From an uncultured Oscillospiraceae bacterium (GTDB lineage: Bacteria > Spirochaetota > Spirochaetia > Sphaerochaetales > Sphaerochaetaceae): DNA of 64,000 bases. The notes under the pieces are model-generated. The model was not told the DNA's origin. It saw nothing but the letters and a program-made list of their open reading frames with translations, and made no database searches. The DNA lies in NCBI GenBank assembly GCA_963636745.1, contig CAVHKW010000086.1:10931-74930 (forward strand), written 5' to 3'. The first letter of the stretch is position 1, and the number at the start of each line of letters is the position of its first letter. A program made the position numbers and the translations under genes. Shown here piece after piece: positions 1 through 8,917 of the stretch.

Positions 1-634
1 CGTGGTCTGTGAGATACTTGACTGAATATTCTGTTCTGTATTGAGCATCGATATTCTCCGGGTCTCCTTCGATCATTATGTAGGAGATAACGCCGTCACC
101 GTTGACATCGCCGTGATCCGGGAGCTCTGCAATGATCTGGCCCTGGAATGAACCTGAATCTCTTGCGTCACATCCGACATAACATACCTTCGGATTGTTG
201 AGGATGCCGGGGTAAGCTTCGTCGATGATTGATCCGTCCTTTGCATATTCGAGAGGTTCTCTGTTGATCAATACACATGGAATGTCAGCTGCAACGATCT
301 TGTCGATGATAGCATCAGCTGATGATGTCTGAACAAGGTTGAGAATGATTGCATCCATGCCCTGAGAGATGAAAGCATCGATCTGGTTTGACTGTTCAGC
401 CATGTCGTTCTTGCCGTCGACGAATGTCAATTCATATTTGACATCATCTGTCTCAAGCGTCTTGAAATATGCCTGAATCTCGTTTCTGTAGAGAGTCATG
501 AAGTTATCGGTGAACTGATAGATCGCAACGCCGACTTTATAAGTCTTGGCACCACTCTTCTCTGCTGTGCCCTGAGCGAATACTGTTGTTATACAAAGTA
601 AAGCAACCAGGAACATAACCAAAATTTTCTTCAT
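1..634 (-). CDS. mglB: Sugar ABC transporter periplasmic substrate-binding protein, MglB-like (galactose/glucose-binding). N-terminal part only; the rest lies beyond the window start
   Basis: Not in the ORF track because it runs off the edge. My own minus-strand translation from ATG 634-632 gives MKKILVMFLVALLCITTVFAQGTAEKSGAKTYKVGVAIYQFTDNFMTLYRNEIQAYF... It has a signal peptide. The VGVAIYQFTDNFM segment resembles E. coli MglB IGVTIYKYDDNFM. A GGAG SD lies upstream. Confidence 0.6.
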   Translation of the reverse strand, partial: MKKILVMFLVALLCITTVFAQGTAEKSGAKTYKVGVAIYQFTDNFMTLYRNEIQAYFKTLETDDVKYELTFVDGKNDMAEQSNQIDAFISQGMDAIILNLVQTSSADAIIDKIVAADIPCVLINREPLEYAKDGSIIDEAYPGILNNPKVCYVGCDARDSGSFQGQIIAELPDHGDVNGDGVISYIMIEGDPENIDAQYRTEYSVKYLTDH

Positions 635-948
635 ACGTTAAAATCTCCTTTTTTTATTGTATGTATTTCAATTGTATGACCATTTTATCGAATTGGAAAC
701 AAATATTTTTTTGACATCAACCAATTAACACAAAGCCGGTATTTCAATCCAATACCAAGAATTATGTTTTCAAAACAAAGAAAAGCACCTTTTCACTCAA
801 TAAACGCCATCTTTAAAACCCTCATCAAAATGAAAGCCCAGCGACTGGGAAACAACCCTCCCTCCTCCATCCTTTACACGGCTTGAGGAAGAAAATATCC
901 ATTTGTGTAATTACCCCGAATGAGTGATAATACAAAGGTAGGAAAATT

Positions 949-1623
949 ATGGACACAGTAAGAACAATATTGGTTAAGGAAAGCGTCTTTGCCGACAACG
1001 ATAGAGCAGCAGCAAAGTTAAGAAGTGAATTGAAGGACAAGGGAGTCTTTCTGATGAATCTGATGTCGTCTCCGGGCTCGGGTAAGACTACTACGCTCAC
1101 ACGCATAATAGAAGCTTTGAAAGATGAGTACAGAATCGGCGTAATGGAGGCCGACATAGACAGCGATGTGGATGCACTTACAATCAAGAAGCTCGGCGTC
1201 AAGTCGATACAGCTTCACACGGGAGGAATGTGTCACCTCGATGCAGCTATGACAAGGCAGGGTCTGGAAGGAATCGGAATCGGAGATCTGGACTTTGTGA
1301 CACTCGAGAATGTCGGGAATCTCATATGCCCCGCAGAATTCGACACGGGTGCGGTGAAGAACGTAATGATCCTCTCGGTACCCGAAGGCGATGACAAGCC
1401 TTTGAAGTATCCTTTGATGTTCAGCACGGTAGACTGTGTCATCATCAACAAAATCGATGCTTCTTCGTTCTTCAATTTCGACATCGATAGATGTAAGAGC
1501 TACATAAAGGAAAGAAACAGAAAAGATCCTCCGGTATTCGCCGTATCGGCAAAGACGGGAGAGGGAATGGAAGATCTCATCGACTGGCTGAGAAAAGAGA
1601 TCGAAGAATGGAAGAGAAAATAA
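949..1623 (+). CDS. hypB: Nickel-incorporation GTPase HypB
   Basis: 224 aa. Walker A SSPGSGKTT, GGMCHLDA, ENVGNLICPAEFD and NKID motifs are typical of HypB (G3E GTPase). Confidence 0.9.
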   Translation: MDTVRTILVKESVFADNDRAAAKLRSELKDKGVFLMNLMSSPGSGKTTTLTRIIEALKDEYRIGVMEADIDSDVDALTIKKLGVKSIQLHTGGMCHLDAAMTRQGLEGIGIGDLDFVTLENVGNLICPAEFDTGAVKNVMILSVPEGDDKPLKYPLMFSTVDCVIINKIDASSFFNFDIDRCKSYIKERNRKDPPVFAVSAKTGEGMEDLIDWLRKEIEEWKRK

Positions 1624-1634
1624 GGGGATAGATA

Positions 1635-4373
1635 ATGGCTGAAGTCAGAGAAAACATTATCAAACTCGGGCAGAAGATTACAGACCGCATAGGAGTCAAA
1701 GTTACCGGGAAAGAGCCTGAATACTGGGGACTGGATCCAATCCTCACCGACGAAATGGCGGATATAGCGCTCAAGATGGATGTCAGAAAGCCCATTACTC
1801 TTGAAGCACTGGCAAAGAAAACCGGAATTGAAAAGGATCATCTCGAGAAGGTTCTTCAGGACATGGCCTATGTGGGAATCATAGAGTACAACTGGGAGAA
1901 CGAAAAAAGGGAGAAGCAGTATGTGCTTCCGATGTTTGTTCCGGGCTCTGCAGAATTCACGAACATGAGACAGAGCCAGCTCGAGGAGCATCCGGAGCTC
2001 GGACGGTTCTTCGAGAACATGTCACGCCTACCGCTCGAGAAGGTGACACCCTTCGTTCCAATGGGCGGCGCGGGAATCGGGATGCATGTAATCCCCGTAG
2101 AGAAAGCTATCAGCATGGAGAGCGGAGCAGTCAGCCTCGAAAAGATATCCTACTGGCTCGATAAATACGACGGAGAGTATGCAGCATCCCCATGCTCGTG
2201 CCGTATGTCACGTAAGACGTTCGACGAAGGATGTGCAGACAACCCCGAAGACTGGTGTATCGGTGTCGGCGATATGGCACGCTATCTTGTCGAGACGGAA
2301 AGAGGACACTATATAACAAAGGATGAAGCACTCGCCATACTCAAGAAGGCCGAGGACCTGGGATTCGTCCACCAGATTACAAACATCGACGGCGAGAACA
2401 AGATATTCGCAATATGCAACTGCAACGTAAATGTCTGCTATGCATTGCGTACAAGTCAGCTCTTCAACACCCCCAACCTTTCAAGAAGCGCATATGTGGC
2501 AAAGGTGACCACAGAGGATTGTGTAGCATGCGGTAAATGTGTCGAACACTGCCCCGCAGGAGCTGTCAAGCTCGGACAGAAACTCTGCAGAAAAGACGGG
2601 AGCAGAATCGAGTATCCAAGGCAGGTTCTTCCAGACGATGTGAGATGGGGCCGCCATATGTGGAGTCCCGATTACAGAGACAAGAACAGGATAAACTCAT
2701 ATGAGAGCGGAACAGCCCCGTGTAAAAGCAGCTGCCCGGCACACATTGCAGTACAGGGCTACCTCTGCCTGGCGGGACAGGGTAAATACAAGGAGGCGCT
2801 TGCACTTATCAAGAAAGATAATCCCCTTCCTGCAATATGCGGTAAGATATGTAACAGGCGCTGTGAAGAAGCATGCACGAGAGGAACACTCGACAAAGCC
2901 GTTGCAATCGACGAAGTCAAGAACTTTCTTGCACAGCTGGATCTCAAAAGCGATACAAGATACATTCCGGAAAAGCACATACCTTCAAACCGCGGACCAT
3001 TTAAGGAGAAGATTGCAATAATCGGAGCGGGACCAGCAGGACTCAGCGCGGCATATTTTCTCTCTCTCCTCGGATACACCCCGACAGTCTTCGACAAGAA
3101 TGACCGGGCCGGCGGTATGCTCAGATACGGTATTCCTTCATTCAAACTTGAAAAGGATGTAATCGACGCCGAAGTCGAAATAATCAAGGAGCTCGGAGTC
3201 GAATTCAGATTCAATACAGAGATCGGAAAAGACAAGACAATAGAAGATCTCCGTAAAGAAGGATACAAAGCCTTCTATATTGCCACAGGCTGCAGCGGAG
3301 GAAGACTTCCCGGCATCAACGGAGAGGATGCAGAAGGTGCAATGACGGCACTGGAACTCCTAAAAAATGCAGAGAGCATGGAACTGGGAAAGAGAACAGT
3401 CGTTGTCGGAGGCGGAAACGTAGCAGTCGACGCAGCACGTACGGCAGTAAGAAAGGCCGAAAAAGTATCGATGTTCTCTCTTGAAGAGAGGGATCAGATG
3501 CCTGCAAGCGAAGAAGAGATAATTGAAGCCGAAAGCGAAGATATCTCGATCAATCCCGGCTGGGGGCCGAAGGAGGTTCTCACAGGCGAAGAGGGCCGTG
3601 TCAGGGCAGTCGTCTTCAAGAAGTGTCTCAGCGTATTTGACGAGAATAAACGCTTCAATCCGAGATACGACGAAAACAACACAATTACAGTTGAATGCGA
3701 CTCTCTTGTCTTTGCAATCGGACAGAAAGTCGTCTGGAACAACCTCATAGAAGGCGAATCCGTCGAGATCAGAAAAAACGGTCTCATCGTAGCGGACTCT
3801 CTCACCTACCAGACATCAAAGTGCGATATCTTTGCAGGAGGCGATGTATATACAGGACCGAAGTTCGCAATCGACGCAATCGCAGCAGGAAGGGAAGCCG
3901 CCATTTCGATGCACCGCTATGTACAGCCCCACTCTTCTCTCACAATCGGGAGAAACCGACGCGATTTCAATATCCTCGATAAAGAAGACATCCTTATAAA
4001 GGAATATGACAGAACAGAGCGTCAGAAAGCGCAGACGAACATCGAAAAGAAATCCTTCAGAGATACAAGAGCTGTCTTTACTGAGGAGATGGTGAAGAAG
4101 GAGACACAGCGCTGCCTCGGGTGCGGAGCAAGCGTAGTCGACCCGAACAGATGTCTCGGGTGCGGTGTGTGTACGACAAAGTGTGAATTCGATGCAATCA
4201 AACTCTACAGAGTACATCCGGAGGCATCGACGATGATAAAGAGCGAGGACAAGATAAAAGCTGTTGCAAAGTATGCGCTCAAGAGAGGAATCAGAATACT
4301 CAGAAACCCCAACAGCATATCAGACCCCGCTAAATTGAAACCGGGACAGGAGCCTAAGAATAAAAATGCATGA
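1635..4373 (+). CDS. Multidomain Fe-S flavoprotein: N-terminal Cys-rich/4Fe-4S region, GltD-like (glutamate synthase small subunit-type) FAD/NAD(P)H oxidoreductase, and C-terminal 2x[4Fe-4S] ferredoxin domain
   Basis: 912 aa. Motifs: CVACGKCVEHCP; GltD-type CPAHI...CGKICNRRCEEACTRG; dinucleotide folds IAIIGAGPAGLSAAYFL and VVVGGGNVAVDAA; C-terminal CLGCGASV...CLGCGVCTTKCEFDAI. Starts 12 nt after hypB and overlaps the hypA start by 8 nt. Confidence 0.75.
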   Translation: MAEVRENIIKLGQKITDRIGVKVTGKEPEYWGLDPILTDEMADIALKMDVRKPITLEALAKKTGIEKDHLEKVLQDMAYVGIIEYNWENEKREKQYVLPMFVPGSAEFTNMRQSQLEEHPELGRFFENMSRLPLEKVTPFVPMGGAGIGMHVIPVEKAISMESGAVSLEKISYWLDKYDGEYAASPCSCRMSRKTFDEGCADNPEDWCIGVGDMARYLVETERGHYITKDEALAILKKAEDLGFVHQITNIDGENKIFAICNCNVNVCYALRTSQLFNTPNLSRSAYVAKVTTEDCVACGKCVEHCPAGAVKLGQKLCRKDGSRIEYPRQVLPDDVRWGRHMWSPDYRDKNRINSYESGTAPCKSSCPAHIAVQGYLCLAGQGKYKEALALIKKDNPLPAICGKICNRRCEEACTRGTLDKAVAIDEVKNFLAQLDLKSDTRYIPEKHIPSNRGPFKEKIAIIGAGPAGLSAAYFLSLLGYTPTVFDKNDRAGGMLRYGIPSFKLEKDVIDAEVEIIKELGVEFRFNTEIGKDKTIEDLRKEGYKAFYIATGCSGGRLPGINGEDAEGAMTALELLKNAESMELGKRTVVVGGGNVAVDAARTAVRKAEKVSMFSLEERDQMPASEEEIIEAESEDISINPGWGPKEVLTGEEGRVRAVVFKKCLSVFDENKRFNPRYDENNTITVECDSLVFAIGQKVVWNNLIEGESVEIRKNGLIVADSLTYQTSKCDIFAGGDVYTGPKFAIDAIAAGREAAISMHRYVQPHSSLTIGRNRRDFNILDKEDILIKEYDRTERQKAQTNIEKKSFRDTRAVFTEEMVKKETQRCLGCGASVVDPNRCLGCGVCTTKCEFDAIKLYRVHPEASTMIKSEDKIKAVAKYALKRGIRILRNPNSISDPAKLKPGQEPKNKNA

Positions 4374-4710
4374 GCTTGGAATCGTGTTCTCCATTCTCGA
4401 TAAACTGGAGAAACTGGCTGAGGAGGAAAACCTCACCCACATTAAAAGTGTAACCCTTGAAGTGGGAGAAGTATCGACGGTGATTCCCGAGTACGTGACA
4501 CCCTGTTTCGACTGGGCTGTCAAAAAGCGCCCCGTTTTTCTCGACACCACTCTCAAAATTGAACCGATCCATGCAATAACACACTGTTATTCATGCTCGA
4601 AGGAGTACGACACAGTGCCCAACGGCATAACATGCCCGTACTGCGGCTCAAGAGATACCGTTCTTGTCACCGGCAACGAGATAAACATCAAGGAGATAGA
4701 GGCGGAGTAA
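4366..4710 (+). CDS. hypA: Nickel insertion metallochaperone HypA
   Basis: 114 aa. N-terminal MHE nickel motif and two CxxC pairs (CYSC...CPYC) forming the zinc site. The ATG overlaps the upstream stop (ATGCATGA). Confidence 0.9.
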   Translation: MHELGIVFSILDKLEKLAEEENLTHIKSVTLEVGEVSTVIPEYVTPCFDWAVKKRPVFLDTTLKIEPIHAITHCYSCSKEYDTVPNGITCPYCGSRDTVLVTGNEINIKEIEAE

Positions 4711-4805
4711 CACCAAAAATACACATTTGTCTGAAAATTGTTCATGTACTTTCTCATCTGAAGTCTTACAATTAAAAAAATATTTTTCTCAAAAGGAGAA
4801 GGAAA

Positions 4806-5249
4806 ATGGGAACATTAAGAAAGTTAAAAATGAGAATGAAGTTCGATAAGGACTGGCACAAGACTCTTATCCGCGGCTCAAGAAATGAAATCCTGATCGA
4901 TGTCGACGGCGATAAGGAACCCGATGTTGCAATTATGGATACAACCGGCAACGGCGATATCGACACAATTGCAGTCGACCTCACAGGAGACGGAGAATTC
5001 AACCTCTATATCAGCGACACAGACGGAAACGGTATTCCTGATCTTATTCTCCTTGATGAAGAAGGAAACGGAGATGCAAAGGTAGTCGCAATGGGCAAGG
5101 AAGTCGAGGATGCAATCATTGCAGCGGCAAATGTTGTAAGAAACCTGATTGTTGCAGGCGACTACGTATCCCAGGCTCTTGAAAATGCACTCGATGAATT
5201 AAACAAGGAAGTCAAGATCGCACGTAAAGAGCTCAAGAAGCTCAGATAA
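4806..5249 (+). CDS. Hypothetical acidic protein with five D-x-[DT]-G-[DN]-G-type loops and a charged helical tail
   Basis: 147 aa with an AAGGAGAAGG SD. Repeats: DVDGDKEPD, DTTGNGDID, DLTGDGEFN, DTDGNGIPD, DEEGNGDAK. No signal peptide. Confidence 0.6.
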   Translation: MGTLRKLKMRMKFDKDWHKTLIRGSRNEILIDVDGDKEPDVAIMDTTGNGDIDTIAVDLTGDGEFNLYISDTDGNGIPDLILLDEEGNGDAKVVAMGKEVEDAIIAAANVVRNLIVAGDYVSQALENALDELNKEVKIARKELKKLR

Positions 5250-5257
5250 GCAAACTC

Positions 5258-5286
5258 AAGGCGGCCGAAAGGTCGCTTTCTTATTT
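5258..5286 (+). terminator. Rho-independent terminator after 4806-5249
   Basis: Stem GCGGCC / GGTCGC (one G-U pair) with a GAAA loop, followed by TTTCTTATTT. Confidence 0.6.
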
Positions 5287-5370
5287 CCGGTCCCCTACCG
5301 CAGCGAATAAAGCTCTTCCGGACAGAGACTATAAAAAAGGACAAACACCAAAGAAAATGTCCTTATTTTT

Positions 5371-5438
5371 GTAGTACTACAATCTCTACTACAAAGCTAC
5401 TACAATAGTTACTACAATACCACTACAAATACTATCAA
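5371..5438 (+). repeat. Array of 5-6 direct TACTACAA repeats with 11-12 bp phasing, upstream of the pyrH-like gene
   Basis: TACTACAA at 5375, 5387, 5398 and 5410; CACTACAA at 5421; degenerate TACTATCAA at 5430. The array opens with the perfect palindrome GTAGTACTAC (5371-5380). Confidence 0.8.
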
Positions 5439-5507
5439 AGACGCTTTCCGACATCTATGTGTTTTCATTTCACTCAAATGTGCTATGATTTTCGAAAGGA
5501 GTAAATT

Positions 5508-6197
5508 ATGAGTTTAATGGTTCTCTCCGTCGGTGGTTCTATTATCGCCCCGGAAAAGGTAAATACAGATTTTTTGAAAGAGTTCAAAGAGGCTATTGTC
5601 AACTATCTTGAAGAAGATAAGGAAAGAAAGCTCATCTTCGTGTGCGGGGGCGGGGCTCCGGCAAGAGTATATCAATCCGCCTATCGTGAAATCACGGGAG
5701 GCAGCAGCAAGGACAGCGAAGACTGGATAGGAATCAAGGCAACTTATCTCAATGCAGAGCTCATGAGAGCAGTCTTCTCCGATTATGCCACATCTCCCGT
5801 TGTGACAAACCCGACAGGAGAGATTGAGAATCCGGGAAGGATCCTCGTTGCCTCGGGATGGAAACCGGGATTCAGTACAGATACCGATGCGGTATATCTT
5901 GCACGACGCTTCGGCGGGAAGAAGATAATAAACCTCTCGAATATCAAAAAGGTCTATACGGATGACCCAAGAAAGAATCCCAATGCACAGCCTATCGATA
6001 CAATAAGCTGGAAGCACTTCCGACAGATGGTAGGTTCGGAGTGGAAACCGGGATTGAATGCTCCGTTTGATCCTATTGCCTCGAAGTTGGCTGAGGAGAG
6101 CGGTCTCACCGTCATATGCGCAGACGGCCGCGATATTAAAAACACAATCGCAATCCTCGAGGAGAAGGACTTTGTAGGAACAACAATCAAGCCCTGA
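5508..6197 (+). CDS. pyrH: Amino-acid-kinase family protein, archaeal-type UMP kinase-like
   Basis: 229 aa. LSVGGSIIAPE, VCGGGAPARVY and GWKPGFSTDTDAVYLA match the uridylate kinase pattern, and the size fits short archaeal-type UMPK. AAAGGAG SD. Confidence 0.6.
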   Translation: MSLMVLSVGGSIIAPEKVNTDFLKEFKEAIVNYLEEDKERKLIFVCGGGAPARVYQSAYREITGGSSKDSEDWIGIKATYLNAELMRAVFSDYATSPVVTNPTGEIENPGRILVASGWKPGFSTDTDAVYLARRFGGKKIINLSNIKKVYTDDPRKNPNAQPIDTISWKHFRQMVGSEWKPGLNAPFDPIASKLAEESGLTVICADGRDIKNTIAILEEKDFVGTTIKP

Positions 6198-7185
6198 CTC
6201 TTTCCCTCTTTAGAGAAAGAAAATAAGGGCTCGGGTCTGCAAAGGGCTGGGGGAAAGGACAATCCTCTCTGAAGTCGGGAATCCAGAGGATGTCATCATC
6301 GCTCTTTTCCTGAATGAACCCGTTTTCTATTCCCTCGTCCTCGACAAGATCTACGAGTTCCCGGTACTCCTCATCGCTGATGGGGAGTAAATCTTTGTCT
6401 CCCTTTGGAGGAACGAACTGGCTCATGAGGGAGAGATAGAAATTATCCTTGTAGTGAGAAGCAAAATAGGATATGAACTTCTTTGAATGATTCACCGTTC
6501 CCGGGAATACAAGGTGACGCAGTATCGTACCTTTTATATTATCCAGATCAGTTGACGGATGCCTCTCTTTTATCCAGTCCATGACGGGGATTATCACATC
6601 GGCGTAGCGGCCCAGTCCGCAATAGACCTTCGATACATTACGGCTGAGACTCTTGCAGTCGAGTAGATATAAGTCAATATACTTATCTATAAGAGCAAGA
6701 GCCTCACAGTTCTCGTATCCCGAACTGTTCCACACAACAGGAAGCTTGAAACCTTTTGAAAAAGCATTCTCGAGGGCATTTACTATGGAAGGGATGAAAT
6801 GTGTTCCCGTCACAAGATTGAGTGTTCTTGCTCCCATTCTCTCGAGGTCCAGAAAGAGAGCGGAAAGTTCCCCGTCAGATATCTCGATTCCGAGATTGGA
6901 GCCGTCGGATCCCGAGATCTGTCTGTTCTGACAGTAGGCACAGTGAAGCGGACACCCCGTGAAAAAGACCATTCCCGAGCCTTTCTCTCCGACCAGCGGC
7001 GGCTCTTCGCCTCTATGAAGTCCCGACCAGGCGATACGGACTTTATCCGACATCTCGCAGCGTCCCTTCCCGCCGTTTGTTCTGTCCACACCGCATAAAT
7101 TCGGGCACAGTTTACATGATGAGTAAATGCTCTTTTCATTCATATCATGTTGATTATACCCAAATATTAACCTTGAACAATCCAC
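6187..7185 (-). CDS. Radical SAM protein, PflX/pyruvate formate-lyase activase-like
   Basis: 332 aa with the CxxxCxxC cluster motif as CPLHCAYCQN. An alternative ATG start is at 7143. The 3' end overlaps the pyrH-like gene by 11 nt (convergent). Confidence 0.75.
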   Translation of the reverse strand: MDCSRLIFGYNQHDMNEKSIYSSCKLCPNLCGVDRTNGGKGRCEMSDKVRIAWSGLHRGEEPPLVGEKGSGMVFFTGCPLHCAYCQNRQISGSDGSNLGIEISDGELSALFLDLERMGARTLNLVTGTHFIPSIVNALENAFSKGFKLPVVWNSSGYENCEALALIDKYIDLYLLDCKSLSRNVSKVYCGLGRYADVIIPVMDWIKERHPSTDLDNIKGTILRHLVFPGTVNHSKKFISYFASHYKDNFYLSLMSQFVPPKGDKDLLPISDEEYRELVDLVEDEGIENGFIQEKSDDDILWIPDFREDCPFPQPFADPSPYFLSLKRERVRA

Positions 7186-7208
7186 CCTCTTTGACTATCT
7201 TTATTTTC

Positions 7209-8399
7209 ATGCAATTGAATTTCTTTAAGAAGAAGGAAGAGAAGAAAAAGGAGATAAAATACATCCTCACGATAGACGGTGGAGGAATGAGAGGTATCGT
7301 CCCCGCCTATATTCTGAAAGAGATCAATGAAGAGCTGAAAACAAAGACAACACGCCCGTTCTACTCCTATTTCGACCTTGTTGCAGGAACAAGTACAGGC
7401 GCATTATTATCTCTCGGCCTTACATGTCCAACGAAAGGAACATCGCTTCTCAAAGAGGGAGGAGATGACTACCTTGTCGAGAGAATTTATACAAAGGGAA
7501 GATTAATCAAGAAAGAGTATAAAGAGGAAATCGGCTATATACCCCACCTGGCGGATCCCGACAATTTCATAGATCTCTACAAGGAAAACGGGAACAAGAT
7601 CTTCCACATAAAGGAAGCAAAGGGTCTGAAGAAGGTCTTCTCGATAGTCTCGCGCTTACTCTCCGATAAATACGAAGTTGCACCTTATGAGGAGTTTCTT
7701 TCATACCTCTACGGCGATGTACTTTTAAAAGAAGCCGCCGTTCCGACAATGGCAGTATCATACAACCTCAATAACGGCGAGAAGTATGTCTTCAGGAGCT
7801 GGGACAGTCACGATTTTCTCCTGAGGGAAGTGGCACGTGCATCGTCCGCCGCCCCGACTTATTTCGCTCCGGCAAGATTCATCGACAGAAAGACAGAAGA
7901 GGCGCTGACCTTAGTTGACGGGGGCCTAATTGCAAACAACCCGATTCTTGCGGCATATATCGAGGCAGTGAAACTCTATCCACATGCAGATGAATACAGA
8001 TTCCTCTCCCTCTCGACAGCATCGAGGTCGATTTCGATCAACGCCGATGACCTATCGAACAATATCGACTGGATGGGGCATCTCATATCAGCATACAGCG
8101 CAGCCAACATGAAGATAAGCCTGGAGGGCGTGGAATCAATCCCGAATGTAAAGGTACTCCGCGTGTGGGAGGATGTGATAAAGACCAAGATCAAACTTGA
8201 CGACACCTCTCCCGAGGCCGTTTCGGCTCTCACCGGGGCTGCAGAGGAGATCTGGAGCATGGAGAAAGAGGAGATCCTCCACTTCGTCAGCGAGATGATA
8301 AAGAATAACAGCATCCCGGAGCGCTTGAAGCTCGAGAACAGTCACACGGAAAGAATCGCGGACAAAACCTCACCCAGTCTTTCTCTACCCTCTCTATAA
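7209..8399 (+). CDS. Patatin-like phospholipase
   Basis: ORF track frame is 7077-8399. I start at ATG 7209 (MQLNFFKKK...) to avoid running into the divergent gene. Motifs: DGGGMRG oxyanion hole, GTSTG (GxSxG), catalytic Asp in LVDGGLIANNP. Confidence 0.85.
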   Translation: MQLNFFKKKEEKKKEIKYILTIDGGGMRGIVPAYILKEINEELKTKTTRPFYSYFDLVAGTSTGALLSLGLTCPTKGTSLLKEGGDDYLVERIYTKGRLIKKEYKEEIGYIPHLADPDNFIDLYKENGNKIFHIKEAKGLKKVFSIVSRLLSDKYEVAPYEEFLSYLYGDVLLKEAAVPTMAVSYNLNNGEKYVFRSWDSHDFLLREVARASSAAPTYFAPARFIDRKTEEALTLVDGGLIANNPILAAYIEAVKLYPHADEYRFLSLSTASRSISINADDLSNNIDWMGHLISAYSAANMKISLEGVESIPNVKVLRVWEDVIKTKIKLDDTSPEAVSALTGAAEEIWSMEKEEILHFVSEMIKNNSIPERLKLENSHTERIADKTSPSLSLPSL

Positions 8400-8917
8400 G
8401 AGAATGAGACATCACCGACAGTTGTCTTTTCTCCGACTATGTCGGTAATGAGCTTGACACAATAAAAACCAAGGCCGAGACACCTGGCAGCCACAGCAAC
8501 GCCGTAAGCCTCCATATCGGCAGCATCGGCTTTCAAAAAGGTATGAGATTCCGTTACTTCAGAAGAAAAGGTTCCTGATGTGTAAAGTATGTAGGGACTT
8601 GTCTTATCGAGGGAGTAGAGAGCATTGAAAGTAGCTCTGTCCGGTCCTATGGTGGAACCGAGACGTACGTGCATTGAAGAGAGGTCCTGGTCCGGTGTGA
8701 CGACAGAGCCGAAGGAGACTACATCGCCCTTTTTCAAGCGTCCGAGAGACCCGGCAGAGCCGATTGATACGACGACTTCGCTCTTGTAACGCGCGGCATA
8801 GACAGCTGTCATGGCAGCACTCTGAATGGGGCCGACGCCGCATACGCATGTATCCCAGTTGCCATCAAGACCCTTGAGCTCCGCCTTGTCGGACGCTACG
8901 AGAAGCACCCTACTCAT
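8342..8917 (-). CDS. Nucleoside phosphorylase-family protein (MTA/SAH nucleosidase or futalosine hydrolase-like)
   Basis: 191 aa. GVGPIQSAAMTA, SIGSAGSL and ADMEAYGVA motifs fit the PNP_UDP_1 fold. The 4-nt start overlap with the hexokinase gene indicates an operon. Confidence 0.6.
   Translation of the reverse strand: MSRVLLVASDKAELKGLDGNWDTCVCGVGPIQSAAMTAVYAARYKSEVVVSIGSAGSLGRLKKGDVVSFGSVVTPDQDLSSMHVRLGSTIGPDRATFNALYSLDKTSPYILYTSGTFSSEVTESHTFLKADAADMEAYGVAVAARCLGLGFYCVKLITDIVGEKTTVGDVSFSYREGRERLGEVLSAILSV

Noticed and set aside
640-948. Possible metal (NiCo-type) riboswitch in the long region upstream of hypB
   Set aside because: I found only a short hairpin (CCAG-CGA-CTGG). I cannot match any riboswitch consensus from memory, and without a covariance-model scan the claim is unsupported.
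5371-5438. The TACTACAA array as a CRISPR or minisatellite
   Set aside because: The repeats are 8 bp with 3-4 bp spacers, far too short for a CRISPR array. There are no cas genes. An intergenic regulatory array is the simpler reading.
7077-7208. 44-codon N-terminal extension of the patatin ORF in the track
   Set aside because: It would overlap the divergent radical-SAM gene start. The extension (MFCPHRINSGTVYMM...) is not patatin-like. ATG 7209 precedes the conserved DGGGMRG by a normal distance.
7209-8399. Patatin-like phospholipase as a CBASS or other defence effector
   Set aside because: No CD-NTase, cyclase, sensor or other defence gene is adjacent. The neighbours are housekeeping-type (radical SAM PflX-like, nucleosidase, hexokinase).
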